A stretch of 61,567 bases of DNA, filler included, from Basidioascus undulatus (lineage: Eukaryota): the NCBI GenBank assembly GCA_000826855.1. It is 4 parts of 4 records of this genome, joined end to end, with 100 filler letters (N's around TTAATTAATTAA, not from the genome) between each part and the next. Parts side by side here need not be neighbours in the genome. Positions count along the whole stretch, not along the records: positions 20,939 to 31,290 come from JTLS01001139.1; positions 31,391 to 61,567 come from JTLS01000114.1; 2 more parts are not named here. The stretch is one strand, 5' to 3'. Both the position numbers and the translations under genes were made by a program. This document shows positions 23,545 through 34,819 of the stretch, piece by piece. Each line of letters starts with the position of its first letter. Position 1 is the first letter of the stretch. The notes below the pieces were generated by a model, which worked only from the letters and a program-made list of their open reading frames with translations, did not search any database and was not told the DNA's origin.

Positions 23545-24120
23545 ATGCTCTTCCCCATCACCCTCACCATCCTCGCGACCACCCTGACCTTCGCGCTGGC
23601 TGCTCCGCTCGCGGAGAGCCAGTCGGGCGAGCACGCGCTCGCGCCGCGCGGCATCTCTAACGGCGAGGCGCCTGCGCTAGGTGGGCATGAGTTAGAGAAG
23701 CGGGGTGGGAATAAAGGGCATAAGAAGGAGAACAAGCACAAGAAGGAGCATAAGCATAAGAAGGTGAGGCGGTCGGGGGTGCTGCCCGGGCCGTCAAAAG
23801 GAAGTGAGAGATGGCTGACGGATCCGCTTACGATGTATGAGAACAAGAAGGAACACAAAAAGAAGGAACACAAAAAGAAGGAGCACAAAAAGAAGGAGCA
23901 CAAGAAGAAGGAGCACAAGAAGAAGGAGCACAAGAAGAAGGACAACCAGAAGCGTGGCTTTGGGGGCTTCGGCGGGGGGTTCGATGGCGGCCTCGGCGGC
24001 TTTGACGGTGGCCTCGGCGGGGGCATTGGTGGCTTCGATGGCGGCTTTGATGGTGGACTGGGTGGTTTCGGTGGCGGTGTGGGTGGGTTTGGTGGTGTGG
24101 GCGGGTTCGGGGGCATCTGA
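23545..24120 (+). CDS. Secreted repeat-peptide precursor: signal, pro-region, KR, Lys/His-rich (KKEHK)n block, KR, Gly/Phe-rich block
   Basis: Uninterrupted ORF; hydrophobic signal peptide; ELEKR and DNQKR sites; TATATAA at 23421; probable 78-nt intron 23764-23841. Confidence 0.85.
   Translation: MLFPITLTILATTLTFALAAPLAESQSGEHALAPRGISNGEAPALGGHELEKRGGNKGHKKENKHKKEHKHKKVRRSGVLPGPSKGSERWLTDPLTMYENKKEHKKKEHKKKEHKKKEHKKKEHKKKEHKKKDNQKRGFGGFGGGFDGGLGGFDGGLGGGIGGFDGGFDGGLGGFGGGVGGFGGVGGFGGI
23845..23934 (+). repeat. Coding 15-bp tandem repeat AAGAAGGARCACAAR x6 (KKEHK)
   Basis: Six units differing only at synonymous third positions. Confidence 0.92.
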
Positions 24121-24714
24121 GCGAGACGGAAAGGCTGCCGCTGCCGACCGTCCCGCGGGTCTTTGGCTTTGTTTTATCTGACGGAAGCGCATGGAATCGT
24201 AATTCTTTTGGCATTGATCTGACTGAGAAATGTCAAGGAAGCGTTGTGCCACTCTGTGGTCTGAGCAGTCTGCTGTCACTCGGTGGACCGCAGCGTGCCT
24301 CACATATACCTTGTCCGGAGGCTGTGCAGATGGCAGCTTGAAGCATCAGCGCAGTCCGTTCTGAGGACTTGCGATGTGTCATGACCTCCGTAGCAAGGGT
24401 TTTGATTATGCATATGTGCACGCACGTATGCCTTTCAGTAAAAGATGGGTTAAGGAAAGTAAGTGCGAGGTAGACGGCTGCGTCTTCGTCGATAAATTGA
24501 GACACATTGAGAGGTCAGTGTTCAGTCGCTTATGACTTGAGGAAATCGATGGTCAAATAGATGAGAATACCGAAAGCCTAAGGGACATCCCCAAGGCGAA
24601 GGCAAAGAGCATGGAGGATCGATCGAACTGTCGGGTGGGTCCGCATCGAACGCCTAGCCGTTCAGGATATGCGAGTACTCCGATGAGTTATGCGAGGCCA
24701 GCGACATTAGTATC

Positions 24715-25530
24715 TCAAGTGAGCCTCGCTCCGACCTCCGACGACGCGACCTTGCACACTATGTCAGCTGTGAAGAAGCAATGTTTTTCCCGATCTCCAT
24801 CCCGCGCCGCCCTCTCCCACATCTGGAACTCGTACTCGACGCCCTTCTCCTCCACCTCTCCCCGGGGCACCTCGAAGCCGACCCAGCTCTCGAGCTAGTC
24901 ATGGCTCCGCCTGACGCACTCGCTGCCCAGCTCGGGGAAGAAGACGTCGCAGTCTTCGAATGCGGAGTTGAGCACGCGCGTGAGGAGCACGCGCTCGGTG
25001 AAAGGGAGCGTGAGGCGGTAGATGTCTGAGCCACCGATCAAGAACGCGCGGTGGGTGGGCGGAAAGTTGGAGGGTTCTTGTAGGAGCGCGAGGGCGGACG
25101 GGATGGATGTTGTGAGGTGGGTATCCACAGTGCTCGGGCACTGTAGCACCTTTCCTCTCAGCGTAGTGAGATACCAAGAAGGATTGCAAAGCGGGAGATA
25201 CACGCACAGGTCATACTCGTTGTCCCTGCTGATGACGATGTTCCGCCTCCCCTTCAGCGGCCTGAACTTGGCCGGTATGCTTTCCCAAGACTTGCGGCCC
25301 ATCACAAGCGCATTCATAGTTCCCTCAGGCGCCGCGGACGTGACTTTGGCAAAGTACGCCATCTCCTTGGCAGCCGCCAGGGAAGGGTCGCGGCCTTGCC
25401 GATTCCGTTCTTGAGGGTCGCGGCGACGATGAGGGTGAGAGGAGGTGTCTGATAGGCCGGCAGTGCACCGACGTAAATAATAATGAATACATGCAAGAGA
25501 GCCTCGCATACCCACCATGTTGTCCGCCAT
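24715..25530 (-). pseudogene. DFR1: Dihydrofolate reductase with a 1-nt frameshift and an in-frame stop
   Basis: LTLIVAATLKNGIGK..TLPWRL / KEMAYFAKVT, NALVMGRKSWESIPAKFRPLKGRRNIVISR, AFLIGGSDIY, LTRV, FEDCDVFFP, YEFQMWER. CTG CC AAG lacks one base at 25369-25370, and there is a TAG at 24895-24897 in RSHD*LESWVG. Confidence 0.9.
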
Positions 25531-25835
25531 GCCTGCTGGTGGTGGTCAAGAAAGAAGACGCGCGGAGGACGCTCGGCAATTACGACGCGTCTTCACGCGT
25601 GCTGCTCTCGCCCTTCCTTGCGCTCTCCCTTCCACTTCCATCTCCACTTTCAGAGAAACCATCTGCCCCACTCACTCATACATTCAAATTTCACAGTATA
25701 TTTTCTTCGACCCATCGCTCCCTAACATCTCAATCAAGAACAGGATCACAAGAACAGGGTCACAGACTCGTCTTCTTCCCATCTGCGCCTTATCGCGTCG
25801 TCTCTTCGTTTCGGTGCCCGCGACTATCCCACACG

Positions 25836-26967
25836 ATGTCCCTTCCAGCCGCCGCCGCACCACAATATCCCAATTCCTCGCCATCCGATACCCTTCTCGC
25901 ACTGCATGAGCGCCTCCAATCCCTCGACGACATACTCGCGTACGAGCGCGCGCTCCTCTCCTCGCTCCCCGCGCCATCATCCTCCTTGTCGGAGGATGAG
26001 CTCATGTACGAGATCGACAAGCTTAAGGAGGAGCTGGTGGACGCTGCGGGAGCGAAAATGGTCAGGGATGCGGCGGTTGATGGGCGAGTAAGCGTTGCTT
26101 GATGCTGGTGCGGTGGGAGGGCTGACCGATGGATGGATGGATGGACGCGACCAGAGTCCTAACATCCGATGTTGTCCTGTCCACCTCGTACTCCTCGGAT
26201 CCATCCACCTCGTTCGTCGCCCATTCCACTCTAACACAGACCCATGCACTTTCTCCGCCTCACCTCGCCTCTTCTTTCCCCCACCTCAGCGCTCTGCGCA
26301 CCTCCTTCGAAGCGCGCGACGCCCACTCCCTCGCTCTCGCACGTCTTGCCGCCGACCTCGAAACTACGCAGATCGAGTCCACCCGCATCCGAAGAGATAT
26401 CCAAGGTACGACTTCTCCCGGCCCCTCCCCCTTTCACCATTCCCCTCCGTTCTCCTCTTTTCCCTATCCCCTTCATCCCGGTCCCGACCTAACTCTCAAC
26501 CACTTTCCCTGTCCCGTGGGGGCCAACACCAACACACAGCCGCCCAATCCGAGTCTCGCGCACTACTCAAGTCCATCCGCGCACGCTCGACGGTAGCAGA
26601 AGAGAAAGTCAAGGAGTCCATGTCGGCGTCTTCGAAGCGGAAACTCACTCGGTGCGTTCCTTCCCTTCCATCCCTCTACACCCCAGCTGACCCTCTCCCG
26701 CCCATCCTTTGCAGCGTACAAGATGCCCACGCAGAACAAACAGCCAAGCGCGAAGTCTTGCGGAACGTGACGCAGGTGAGTTCACCCTCTCACTTCACCG
26801 CACCCGCAGGCGTACTGAAGAATGGTGGGCTGTTGCGTCGACAGGGAATCATCCTCGCTCTCCATCCGCGCTGGGCGGAGGACGAGCGCCTCGTGCAGCT
26901 CATGCTCAAGCTGGGAGACCGGTTTGAGGAGGACGAGGAGGGAGAGGATGGGCTGGGGGAAGTGTGA
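25836..26967 (+). CDS. CENP-H (Fta3/Mcm16-like) kinetochore coiled-coil protein, divergent from DHFR
   Basis: Coiled-coil exons ending EVLRNVTQ/GIILALHPRWAEDERLVQLMLKL, matching the CENP-H C-terminal NxxQxLIxxxxxxWAxDxxL pattern. Confidence 0.65.
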
Positions 26968-27210
26968 AAGGTGTGCGGTGGCCCAACGGCGGACTGTTGT
27001 TGGTTGCCCTTATGTTGTTGTATGAATATCTTCTGCTATCGCAGCGCAAGCATATTTGCGCATTTCTGCGCTGGCTTGTAAGACGGTGTCTGCCATGCAC
27101 CTCAAGCGCCTTAGTGTCTGGGGAATCTCAAAGTAGGCAGTGCAAGAATGGAGTTGGATAGCCCCCAACACAGCGCAAACTTTCCCCCTCCCGACGTTCC
27201 AAGTCTCGAT

Positions 27211-27975
27211 TCATCTATCCTTGCAAAAACACGCGCACGCCCGGCCCGCGCACGCCGCGCGCAGCCGTTCAGCAGCCGGGTCGTCGCCGGGAATACAGTT
27301 GACAGTGAGGACTTCCAGCCTCAACGTGCGCGCCGGCTTGTGCTCAAGCACCTGCACGAGCTGGTCCACGAGTTCCTCAAACGAGCATTGCCCATCGAGC
27401 GAGGGCTCGAGCGACTTGAACGCAGGGGGAGGCCGTCCGGGAGCTGCAGCTGCGCGCCCGGCTCGAACAAGAGGCTGAGGGAGATGTCTACGCTCTTGAG
27501 CGCCGCGTACGCGCACAACCAGTCGATCGAGCCTCGAGATGCGTGAGCGACGGACGGATGTGCTCGAGCGCCGCGCCCAGCGCGGGCGGGTCGAAGTCAG
27601 CTCGTGCCGTCGCAGAGGATGGACTGCATTCCCTCCCAGCTCAGGCCCCCCCACTTTTATTTCTCTAACAACCAGGAATGCGCACGTTGCGATAGAGGCG
27701 AAGGACCAAGCGGTCGAAAGCAAGGAGCGACTCGGCCTTGAGGGTGATTGAGCGATAGCCATGCGGCTCCGAGAGACCCTGCAACACTCAAGAACACATA
27801 TCATTGCAGTTCCAGCTAGTACGTGCACCAATTCTGGTCTTGGACTCACATGCCAGGAACGACACACCAGCGCAAATTGCGCTCCCTCAAAGTGCTTCTC
27901 GCCATTGCTGTGGCCGCCGGTCACAAAGGCAAAGATCCTGGACCAGATATCGACAGGGAGAGTAGAAGGGGCCAT
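27211..27975 (-). CDS. F-box-like protein, possibly degenerate
   Basis: MAPSTLPVDIWSRIFAFV...FALVCRSWH then a GTGAGT donor; Leu-rich downstream segments; 3' boundary uncertain. Confidence 0.55.
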   Translation of the reverse strand: MAPSTLPVDIWSRIFAFVTGGHSNGEKHFEGAQFALVCRSWHVSPRPELVHVLAGTAMICVLECCRVSRSRMAIAQSPSRPSRSLLSTAWSFASIATCAFLVVREIKVGGPELGGNAVHPLRRHELTSTRPRWARRSSTSVRRSRISRLDRLVVRVRGAQERRHLPQPLVRAGRAAAAPGRPPPAFKSLEPSLDGQCSFEELVDQLVQVLEHKPARTLRLEVLTVNCIPGDDPAAERLRAACAGRACACFCKDR

Positions 27976-28519
27976 GGCTGTTTTAAAGTACTGTGAGATG
28001 CGCGAGGGGTCCGATGGAAGTGAGGAAGTGCCGGGGAGTGGGTGAGGATGGAAGGTGAGGAGACGTTGGACGGCGTTGAACGCTGGCACAGCCAACCGTA
28101 AGAGCCCGTCCCCCCTTGTATGGGCAGTGCGTCTAGCTGCCGTGACAGCTGCTGTGAGCAGTGTACTATTCTGAGAACCAACATATGATTCTTACATAAC
28201 ATTGGGAACAAGAGCTACACTTTGAGTGGTTATCGACTATGCCCAAACTGCGTCCCTTGGGCATCTCAGTCCAGCGTTCTGATGCTCGCTCTGCATCAAC
28301 CCCAGTACTTCCCAACAATGCCAGAGGAAAACAATTCAACTTGTTCCATAGCATTCTGAGCGGTTCAGAGTTCCGTTGCCTGATTAGCACGGGGAACTGC
28401 GATGGCGTGCTCGAGCGCAGGTGGTGTTGTTTCAGTCGGTCTCAGCCCCAGAAAAATATCTGTAGCTTTTGATAATTCCGACATATACTGGGGAGGCTGT
28501 TTTCTTTGTTGCAGGCGAT

Positions 28520-30760
28520 CTGCTAGATACGCCGCCTAACACACAAGGAAGGTATGGTAGCACGAGACATGAGGTGGCTGGCGACACTGGCGGTGGGACA
28601 CTTCAGCCTGATACGCGGCATGGCCAAGGAAGATCGGCGCGGTAGACCACTCCAGACACCATCTCGGAGGCCATGACATTCGCCTCTTTCTACGGACTCC
28701 TGAAAATCAGAGCCCGTCCGAATAAGATAAGATAGTAGCGAGGTTTCCAACACCCGCAGGGATACAGAAGTCCAGCGCTACCTCGAGGACAGCTGTCCTA
28801 CTGTACGGGACAATCGCATCAGGTTCTATGTTGTCCAGGTCTACCGATTGGCGCGTCCCATCCTTAGCGATGTACTGGTAGCACATGGTCCCTTAGATAC
28901 GGAGGACCTTCGAGACCTGCGAGATGTTCAGCTTACCCCTGCGTGCCACGCGCTCTGCGTCCTCTATGATCGAGGCCACACCTACTCTCTTGGCCAAGAG
29001 GAATTCCTTGCTTAGAAGCACGCTAAGGATGTCGCCCGCTACCTTCCTTGCATAACCCACTCGGTCCTTGCGGTTGTACGAGATAGCCTTTTGGGCAACC
29101 GGCAGTGCCACACTACACACACACGGCTTGTGGAGCAGTCTCGAAGTAGAAAGGATACGGAAGATGCCGTGCACCAAATAACGCTTTTATTAACAAGGAC
29201 TGTGTTATGTGCCCTCAACGGGGAGCAAATCTCTTTCAAGCCCGCCCAGTGCTCCAGACTAGTGCGCAGGCGCCCACAGCCAGAAACAGTTGTTGACAGT
29301 TTCCGCTGACGTTGTTGCCGACGAGATTTTCGGAATAGAATTACAAGTATTTATTGCAATTCGGATCCTGCATTGTCAAAGTATCATCGTGGCCTTGGCG
29401 TCGCTCTCCCCGTCCGTCCCGCCTGTAGCGTTTCTTTCACGCGCAGCTACGACGCCGTCGCAAACGTCTTTCTTAACTCGAGATGAGCCTCAAACGAGCC
29501 TCCGTAAGGCGCAAGGTCAACTGGCAGACTGTCGATCAAAAATGCCAATTAGTCCCGACAAACATGTGCAACACTATGGGGGACGGCTACTTCACCTTCT
29601 TCTTCAAGCTGTTTTCCGCAGGCGTCAGGCAAAATGCACCCTCGTTCTGGACCCGTACGCACATAAACCATCATGATATTACCTCGATAGCTGTGAGGAA
29701 GAAGCCGAAGTCAGCAGTGGCGGCTGAATCTGGCCCACCGCCTGCCAGCCTTGCTGTGGACGCACTTCCACTTCTCTTTGTACTGCAAGCCGTGCAGGTC
29801 GAGCTCCGTCTTCGGAATACAGAACTTTTCGATTACCCTGGTGAGCCAGATCTTGCGATCTGTCAACAATGCCTCAATCAACATCTGCCATCTGCTGCCT
29901 ATTCACAAGAGCAAAAGGAGCTTTCAGATGCACCCCAATGCACGTTCTGTTTGAAATCCTGCTTCTGAGAAGCAGCGTCCCAGCGCTAGCCTAGGCAGAG
30001 GTTCAGTCTATCCGGGTTCCGGTCAAAGCTCCATAGGGCAATGTCAATGGCGCTTTGAATGTCCTGTTGTGAGAGCTCAGTCAGAGGCAGCCTTTACAAA
30101 TGAGAGGCAGACACACAGATTGACCTCTCAATCTCGGACGTAAGTCGAACGCTGGTGACCATGTTGCAGTCCTTCGTAGCCTTGTGGAGCTATGTCAAAT
30201 TCACAGCTTGGGCATCATCAGCTGGTTTGTGTCAAGCTGCACCTCCTTAGAAAGGAGAGCTTTATTGAAGAAAAACCCCTACATATCAGACTATATGTGG
30301 TCGGCTTGAATAAGGGGTGAGTAGAAGCGATTCGGAAGCAAGGCAAGGGCGTGTGAGAGATGTGGGAAGAGAGAGGGAACAGGAAGGGAGTGGACCCGCC
30401 TGAGGTGCCCTTTATCCTCTCTCCCTCGGAACAAAAGACTCCAGCTGCGGGTGGGCCGCCTCCAATAGTGTGGTAAGTGACATGAGCACACGATCCAAAG
30501 ACACAAAAGTATGTCAAGCGATCAGGATTTGGGAAGAAATCCATGATGGGTCCGGGACCCAGCTCAGAAACACTCAGAATTGAAACGCGAAACCCAGGCG
30601 GACAGCGTAGCCACAAAAAGGTTGCCCCGACAGAGCTGCATAAGGGAGACCTCAACCTCGTACTTGATTCTTTTTTGAAGGGTGTTGGATTGTATATACA
30701 GATGTGTCATACTACACATACTCGCTGTTGTTGCCAGCGAAGCACACACTCAGCCGGTGC
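28520..30760 (-). pseudogene. Remnant of a large multi-exon gene or element of unrecognised family
   Basis: Protein-like blocks broken by stops, e.g. RLTYFCVFGSCAHVTY, IEKFCIPKTELDLHGLQYKEKWKCVH, YRGNIMMVYVRTG, RKVAGDILSVLLSKEF. Confidence 0.3.
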
Positions 30761-31252
30761 CCTCCTCCATCTGGACTTGACCGCAGATGTGCAACTGTAC
30801 CCTCAGTGGCTTCGCTCGTGATTGTGCCTTAACTTACAAGTACAGCTGGAAAGAATAGTTAATAATTTAATTAGGTTTTCAGGTCCCTTTGCGGGCCGGT
30901 GGTGCCTGTACCACAAACACTACTGTCTGCGCATGCAGCCAGTCTGCTGTGTCACAAATAAAAATTGAACATATGGGCGTACAATGGATCCTGAACCGGA
31001 TTTTTCAAGTTACAAACCACCAGATAAACTTCTTGTGAGCTTCAAACACTTGCACAGCCTTTCACTCTGGCTTGCTTGTTCGTGGCACTTGCGCCATGTT
31101 CGGAAGTGTATCAGAGCAGTTCCGGGGACGACGTGGGCCAGTGCAGCGGTTCCGCAAAAATGTTTGGGCTGAGATTGCAGTGCAGAAGGGGCAAAAGTGT
31201 GGGACACAAAAAAAGTCGTAGTCAGATACTCTACCATTGAGCCAGCCGGCCA

Positions 31253-31290
31253 TGACCGACGCAGGGATCGAACCTGCAACCCCCTGATCT
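31253..31290 (-). tRNA. 3' half of a tRNA gene, most like tRNA-Trp; 5' half lost at the contig end
   Basis: Minus strand AGATCAG-GGGGTT-GCAGG TTCGATC CCTGC-GTCGGTC-A gives a perfect T-stem with B-box loop, the acceptor 3' strand and discriminator A. A T7 Pol III terminator lies ~40 nt downstream. The anticodon is not visible. Confidence 0.85.
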
Positions 31291-31390
31291 NNNNNNNNNN
31301 NNNNNNNNNNNNNNNNNNNNNNNNNNNNNNNNNNTTAATTAATTAANNNNNNNNNNNNNNNNNNNNNNNNNNNNNNNNNNNNNNNNNNNN
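31291..31390. other. Artificial contig-joining spacer
   Basis: N44-TTAATTAATTAA-N44. Confidence 0.97.
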
Positions 31391-31608
31391 GCGCCGTCGA
31401 CCTCGTCCGCGCCCTAGGCGAGCCCGGCCGCAAGGGCGGGGGCGCCGCAGGCGGCATCGGGATCTGGTGCGAGTGGGCGACGCCGTGGGGCGGGCTCATG
31501 GTCGAGTTTAGGGGGAGAGAGGCCGTGGGCCCCCAGGCGTGGGAGATGGGAAAGGAGGCGAGGTGGAGAGTCGCTACAATTTTTGCTGGCGAGGCGGGGG
31601 AGGGATGA
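31391..31608 (+). CDS. 3' end of a conserved fungal hypothetical protein
   Basis: DLVRALGEPGRKGGG..GIWCEW..GLMVEF..QAWEMGKEARWRVATIF..*, with GC3-rich codons. Confidence 0.6.
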
Positions 31609-33046
31609 GCGGCGGGTGGGAATGGGGATGGAGCTAGGTCGGACTTTTGGTGGATCGTGATGAGCGAGTGTGAGTGTGAGCGCTTGGTTGATTGTGCCTG
31701 CAGGAGTGCGTGGATGTAGCAGAACCTATCGATGCTGCATGGGGCGTCTCCAGGTTGTGCCTGGCTTCATGTGCTTTTTGGAGTTTAGTGCTCACAGCCT
31801 GCAGTTTACACTCTACAGAGTACCTGGTCTACGTCTTGCTAAGTCCTTCTTCCTAACATGACAGTCCCCCCAGCTGCCCGTCAGGCCGCATGCACGCGCA
31901 TTTGCAGGCACTGTCGAAGTGTGTTTGCGGGTGTCGGCCTACAGCTGTCTGGATGCCGGACGCGAGGCGTAACATGTTTTAGAGCGACTCACAGGCGACA
32001 ATGCACGATATGGCCTTTGACATAGGCGGACATACAGACAGTCGTCCGTGTCCCGATCTGTGCTAGCGTAGGACGCAACCTCATAATTGCACTGCAGAGA
32101 CAGCGACCCGGACTCCCGTCAGCATGTTACCTAGTGCAAGGCAGAGGGAATTGACCTTCCACAAAATTCGATTTGTAAGAGAACATCGCGAGCGTCAGTA
32201 GTGAGCGGCTGTGGCTGGAAGGACAGGCAGTCCGGACTTGCTTCGTTCAAATTCCAATCGAGGCATTCCAGCCGTGCTCGTTAGATCCAGCTCCGTATGG
32301 GCAGGCCGCCATAAAGTATGGATCAATATCCCCGCTGTAGGTCTGCACGATGGTAGGTGAGAGGGCGGGACCGAGTAGAGGTGACCAACCATTTTTCTGT
32401 CATTTCTGGATCTGTCGGCTGGGGATGCCAGACTGGTGCACTGGCCTGAGCATAAGAGACTTGACGGATCTCCGTTTGTTTCGTTGAGGTATTAAATCCA
32501 AAAACATGGAAGGACTGACTTCTCGAGACAGCCGTTGATGAAATGAACATGAGAGGTACGATGAGAGATAGGCGAAGTAATAGGAATGACCAGGCCTAGG
32601 CATGCGAGACTTACACCGCCGGCACACTTACATTGAACTCGCAGAACGGCGGGATCTCACTGGCGGTGTTACTGACCCTGAGCTGAAGGTTTTTTCAGCT
32701 GGAAGAAGGGGGGGAAGATGAAACGAATGAAAACAACGGTCAACTCCTCTCCAGCGTAACGGCTCAATGACACTGCGAGGAATCTGTCGCCGTCAGCGAT
32801 GGCCTTGCCATCCCAAACGAGATCCCATAATATTATGTACGGGAACAATATCGGCCTAAATCGCGGGAAGTTTACTTGCCTCGCTTAAACTGGCTTATAT
32901 GAGGACTGCAATGACTGTGTTCCCCGCATGACTCGAGGCAGTGCCATTCAATAAGCGGAAGTAGGTCTGATGGTTTAGCCTTGTCGAACGGTGGGCGACA
33001 TACTTCCTATGAAATTTTCGTTCCCTTCTGTCAATCGTTGCGATCA

Positions 33047-33450
33047 TGTACAACGTGCCCTACATTTCGGCCACGTCCCCCGACGTGGTCCTCGGCATGA
33101 AGTCCGCCGTCGACAAGAAGAACGAGAGCTTCGAAGCTAGCATGAAGCGCATGAGAAACGCGCAGCTCATCGCCAAGTACTTGTTCCTTTCCACTTCTTA
33201 AGTTCCTTCTGTAACCGACTCTACCCTGACCTACTCTCTTCCTTTGCTAGAAACAGAGTTCCCCGCGAGTTCGTCCCGCTCGACATGCTCGCTTTGACAC
33301 CGAGCGCGTCTTCCGCCTCCTCCTTCAACCCGCCCGCCAAACGCTCCAAGCTCGCGCCAGCGGACGACCGCTCTAACGTCCAGGCCTTGTCTTCCAGAGA
33401 CGAAATGGGCCCTACGAGGGAAATTACGCTAGGACCAAGGCAGTGAAACC
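33047..33450 (+). CDS. Short two-exon hypothetical protein or gene fragment
   Basis: MYNVPYISATSPDVVLGMKSAVDKKNESFEASMKRMRNAQLIAK, intron GTACTT..CTGAC..TAG, then RVPREFVPLDMLAL..PPAKRSKL (NLS-like). Confidence 0.35.
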
Positions 33451-33961
33451 AGTGACAGTCGCCTGGGCAACGGCTGTGGTCCGCAAACCGATGAGGATGT
33501 GCAGCATTGAGCAGCTTTGAGGTTGAGAGCGGTACTGATGTAGATCAACAGAATTTGTTGATGGACACGTGAAGGCAAAAGGGAGCGGAGTTACAGTACT
33601 GGAACCTGCTTTGCGAGTAAATGAGGCCATTCCGTTGTCCTCTCAAGGCGCGAAGATGCAGACTGTCTAGTGTAGATTGATTCAGTAGCAGAGCCTCCCC
33701 CTATGTCGGATGTTAATTAACTTTATTCGGATTTCAGGCGTATCTTGCCCAGGCCAGCACTCAGAGCAGGGAACGCCGGGGTGCGACAGCATGCCGGCAC
33801 TCTCGGCTACGAGACATGCAACGCTCTGAGTCTCCGGCTTTCGTGATCACAAGTTATTGCGTGGTCATTGACTTGATGTTCTACAACATCCTATGAAATT
33901 CTCGCCGTGCATGCGTTTAACCTAGCGCCCTGAGAGGAATACCAGCCTGTCGGAGAGCCTG

Positions 33962-34819
33962 TCAAGCTTCAAGACCGAAGCGCCCGCGTTTGCAGTCGCG
34001 AACGTGACAGGGCGGGTGGACCGTAAGTTCTACGGAGCTGCAAACTGTATGGGACTATAACTCACAGACCACCATTTGCCTTTCACACACGCCGCGTCCT
34101 TGGCATTCGGAATAGCCAGGCAATTGGTCCCTCGCCCTTCGCTGAAGCAGCCTGGCAATGGCGAGGTCATAAAGGGATGGAGTCGTGACGAAGAGTCTGA
34201 AAGAAAAGCTGCTTGTGAAACCGGCCTTGAGAAACAGCATGTTGTCCCCGGACGTCGTCTGCGTGGCCTGGGAGGCTTCTCCGATGCCATACCAGAGCTG
34301 AGGCGGCGTGGGCCCCGATAGTTGCTCGACCTGGACGGCATAGTACTGGTTGGGCTGGATGTCGGCGACGTTCGCGATGAAGGCCACCCCTTCCGCGCTG
34401 TTGCCGGCGCTATTGATTTCGAAGGTCACATAGAGGTAGTTAGTGTCGGTTTCGATTACGGCCCTAGTGTTGGGGTTAGTAAAGTAGCCCTCCAGCAGCT
34501 GGCGGAGCATTGGGAAAGAGGGGCCGGTGAGAAAAGGTCGATGATAAGTGGAGCAGCTTTCGGCGGCTTACATAGTGCCCGCAGAGACCCCGTTGTGATC
34601 CGGAGACATAGCAACCCGCCGCCATGGGGAGTAGGTCTAAGCGTACACAGTCCCGGTAGAGTGTCCAGTCAGCCTGGTACTACGTTTCATCCCCTCGCGG
34701 CGAATGACTCTCAATGGGATGCGCGACTCACTGTTGTCCCAAGGCTCAAGGCTGGTGACTACCGCCTGGACAACCGCCGCGATAGTGCACAAAACGAAGA
34801 GAATCGGACGAGATAACAT
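33962..34819 (-). pseudogene. Secreted CPL1/PriA-like protein, degenerate
   Basis: Signal peptide MLSRPILFVLCTIAAVVQA. The C-terminal GCFSEGRGTNCLAIPNAKDAACVKGK/CHVRDCKRG fits the PriA/CPL1 Cys module but is out of frame, lacks its first half, and its last acceptor reads CTG instead of CAG. Confidence 0.55.

Noticed and set aside
24895..25370. Programmed frameshift, readthrough or TAG reassignment rescuing DHFR
   Set aside because: It would need two separate recoding events, there is no slippery site, the internal TAGs replace different residues in different genes, and TAG is a normal stop in importin alpha.
32656..32672. 17-mer resembling a phage lambda operator (TAACACCGCCAGTGAGA on the - strand)
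   Set aside because: Isolated short match in fungal DNA with no phage sequence around it; chance.
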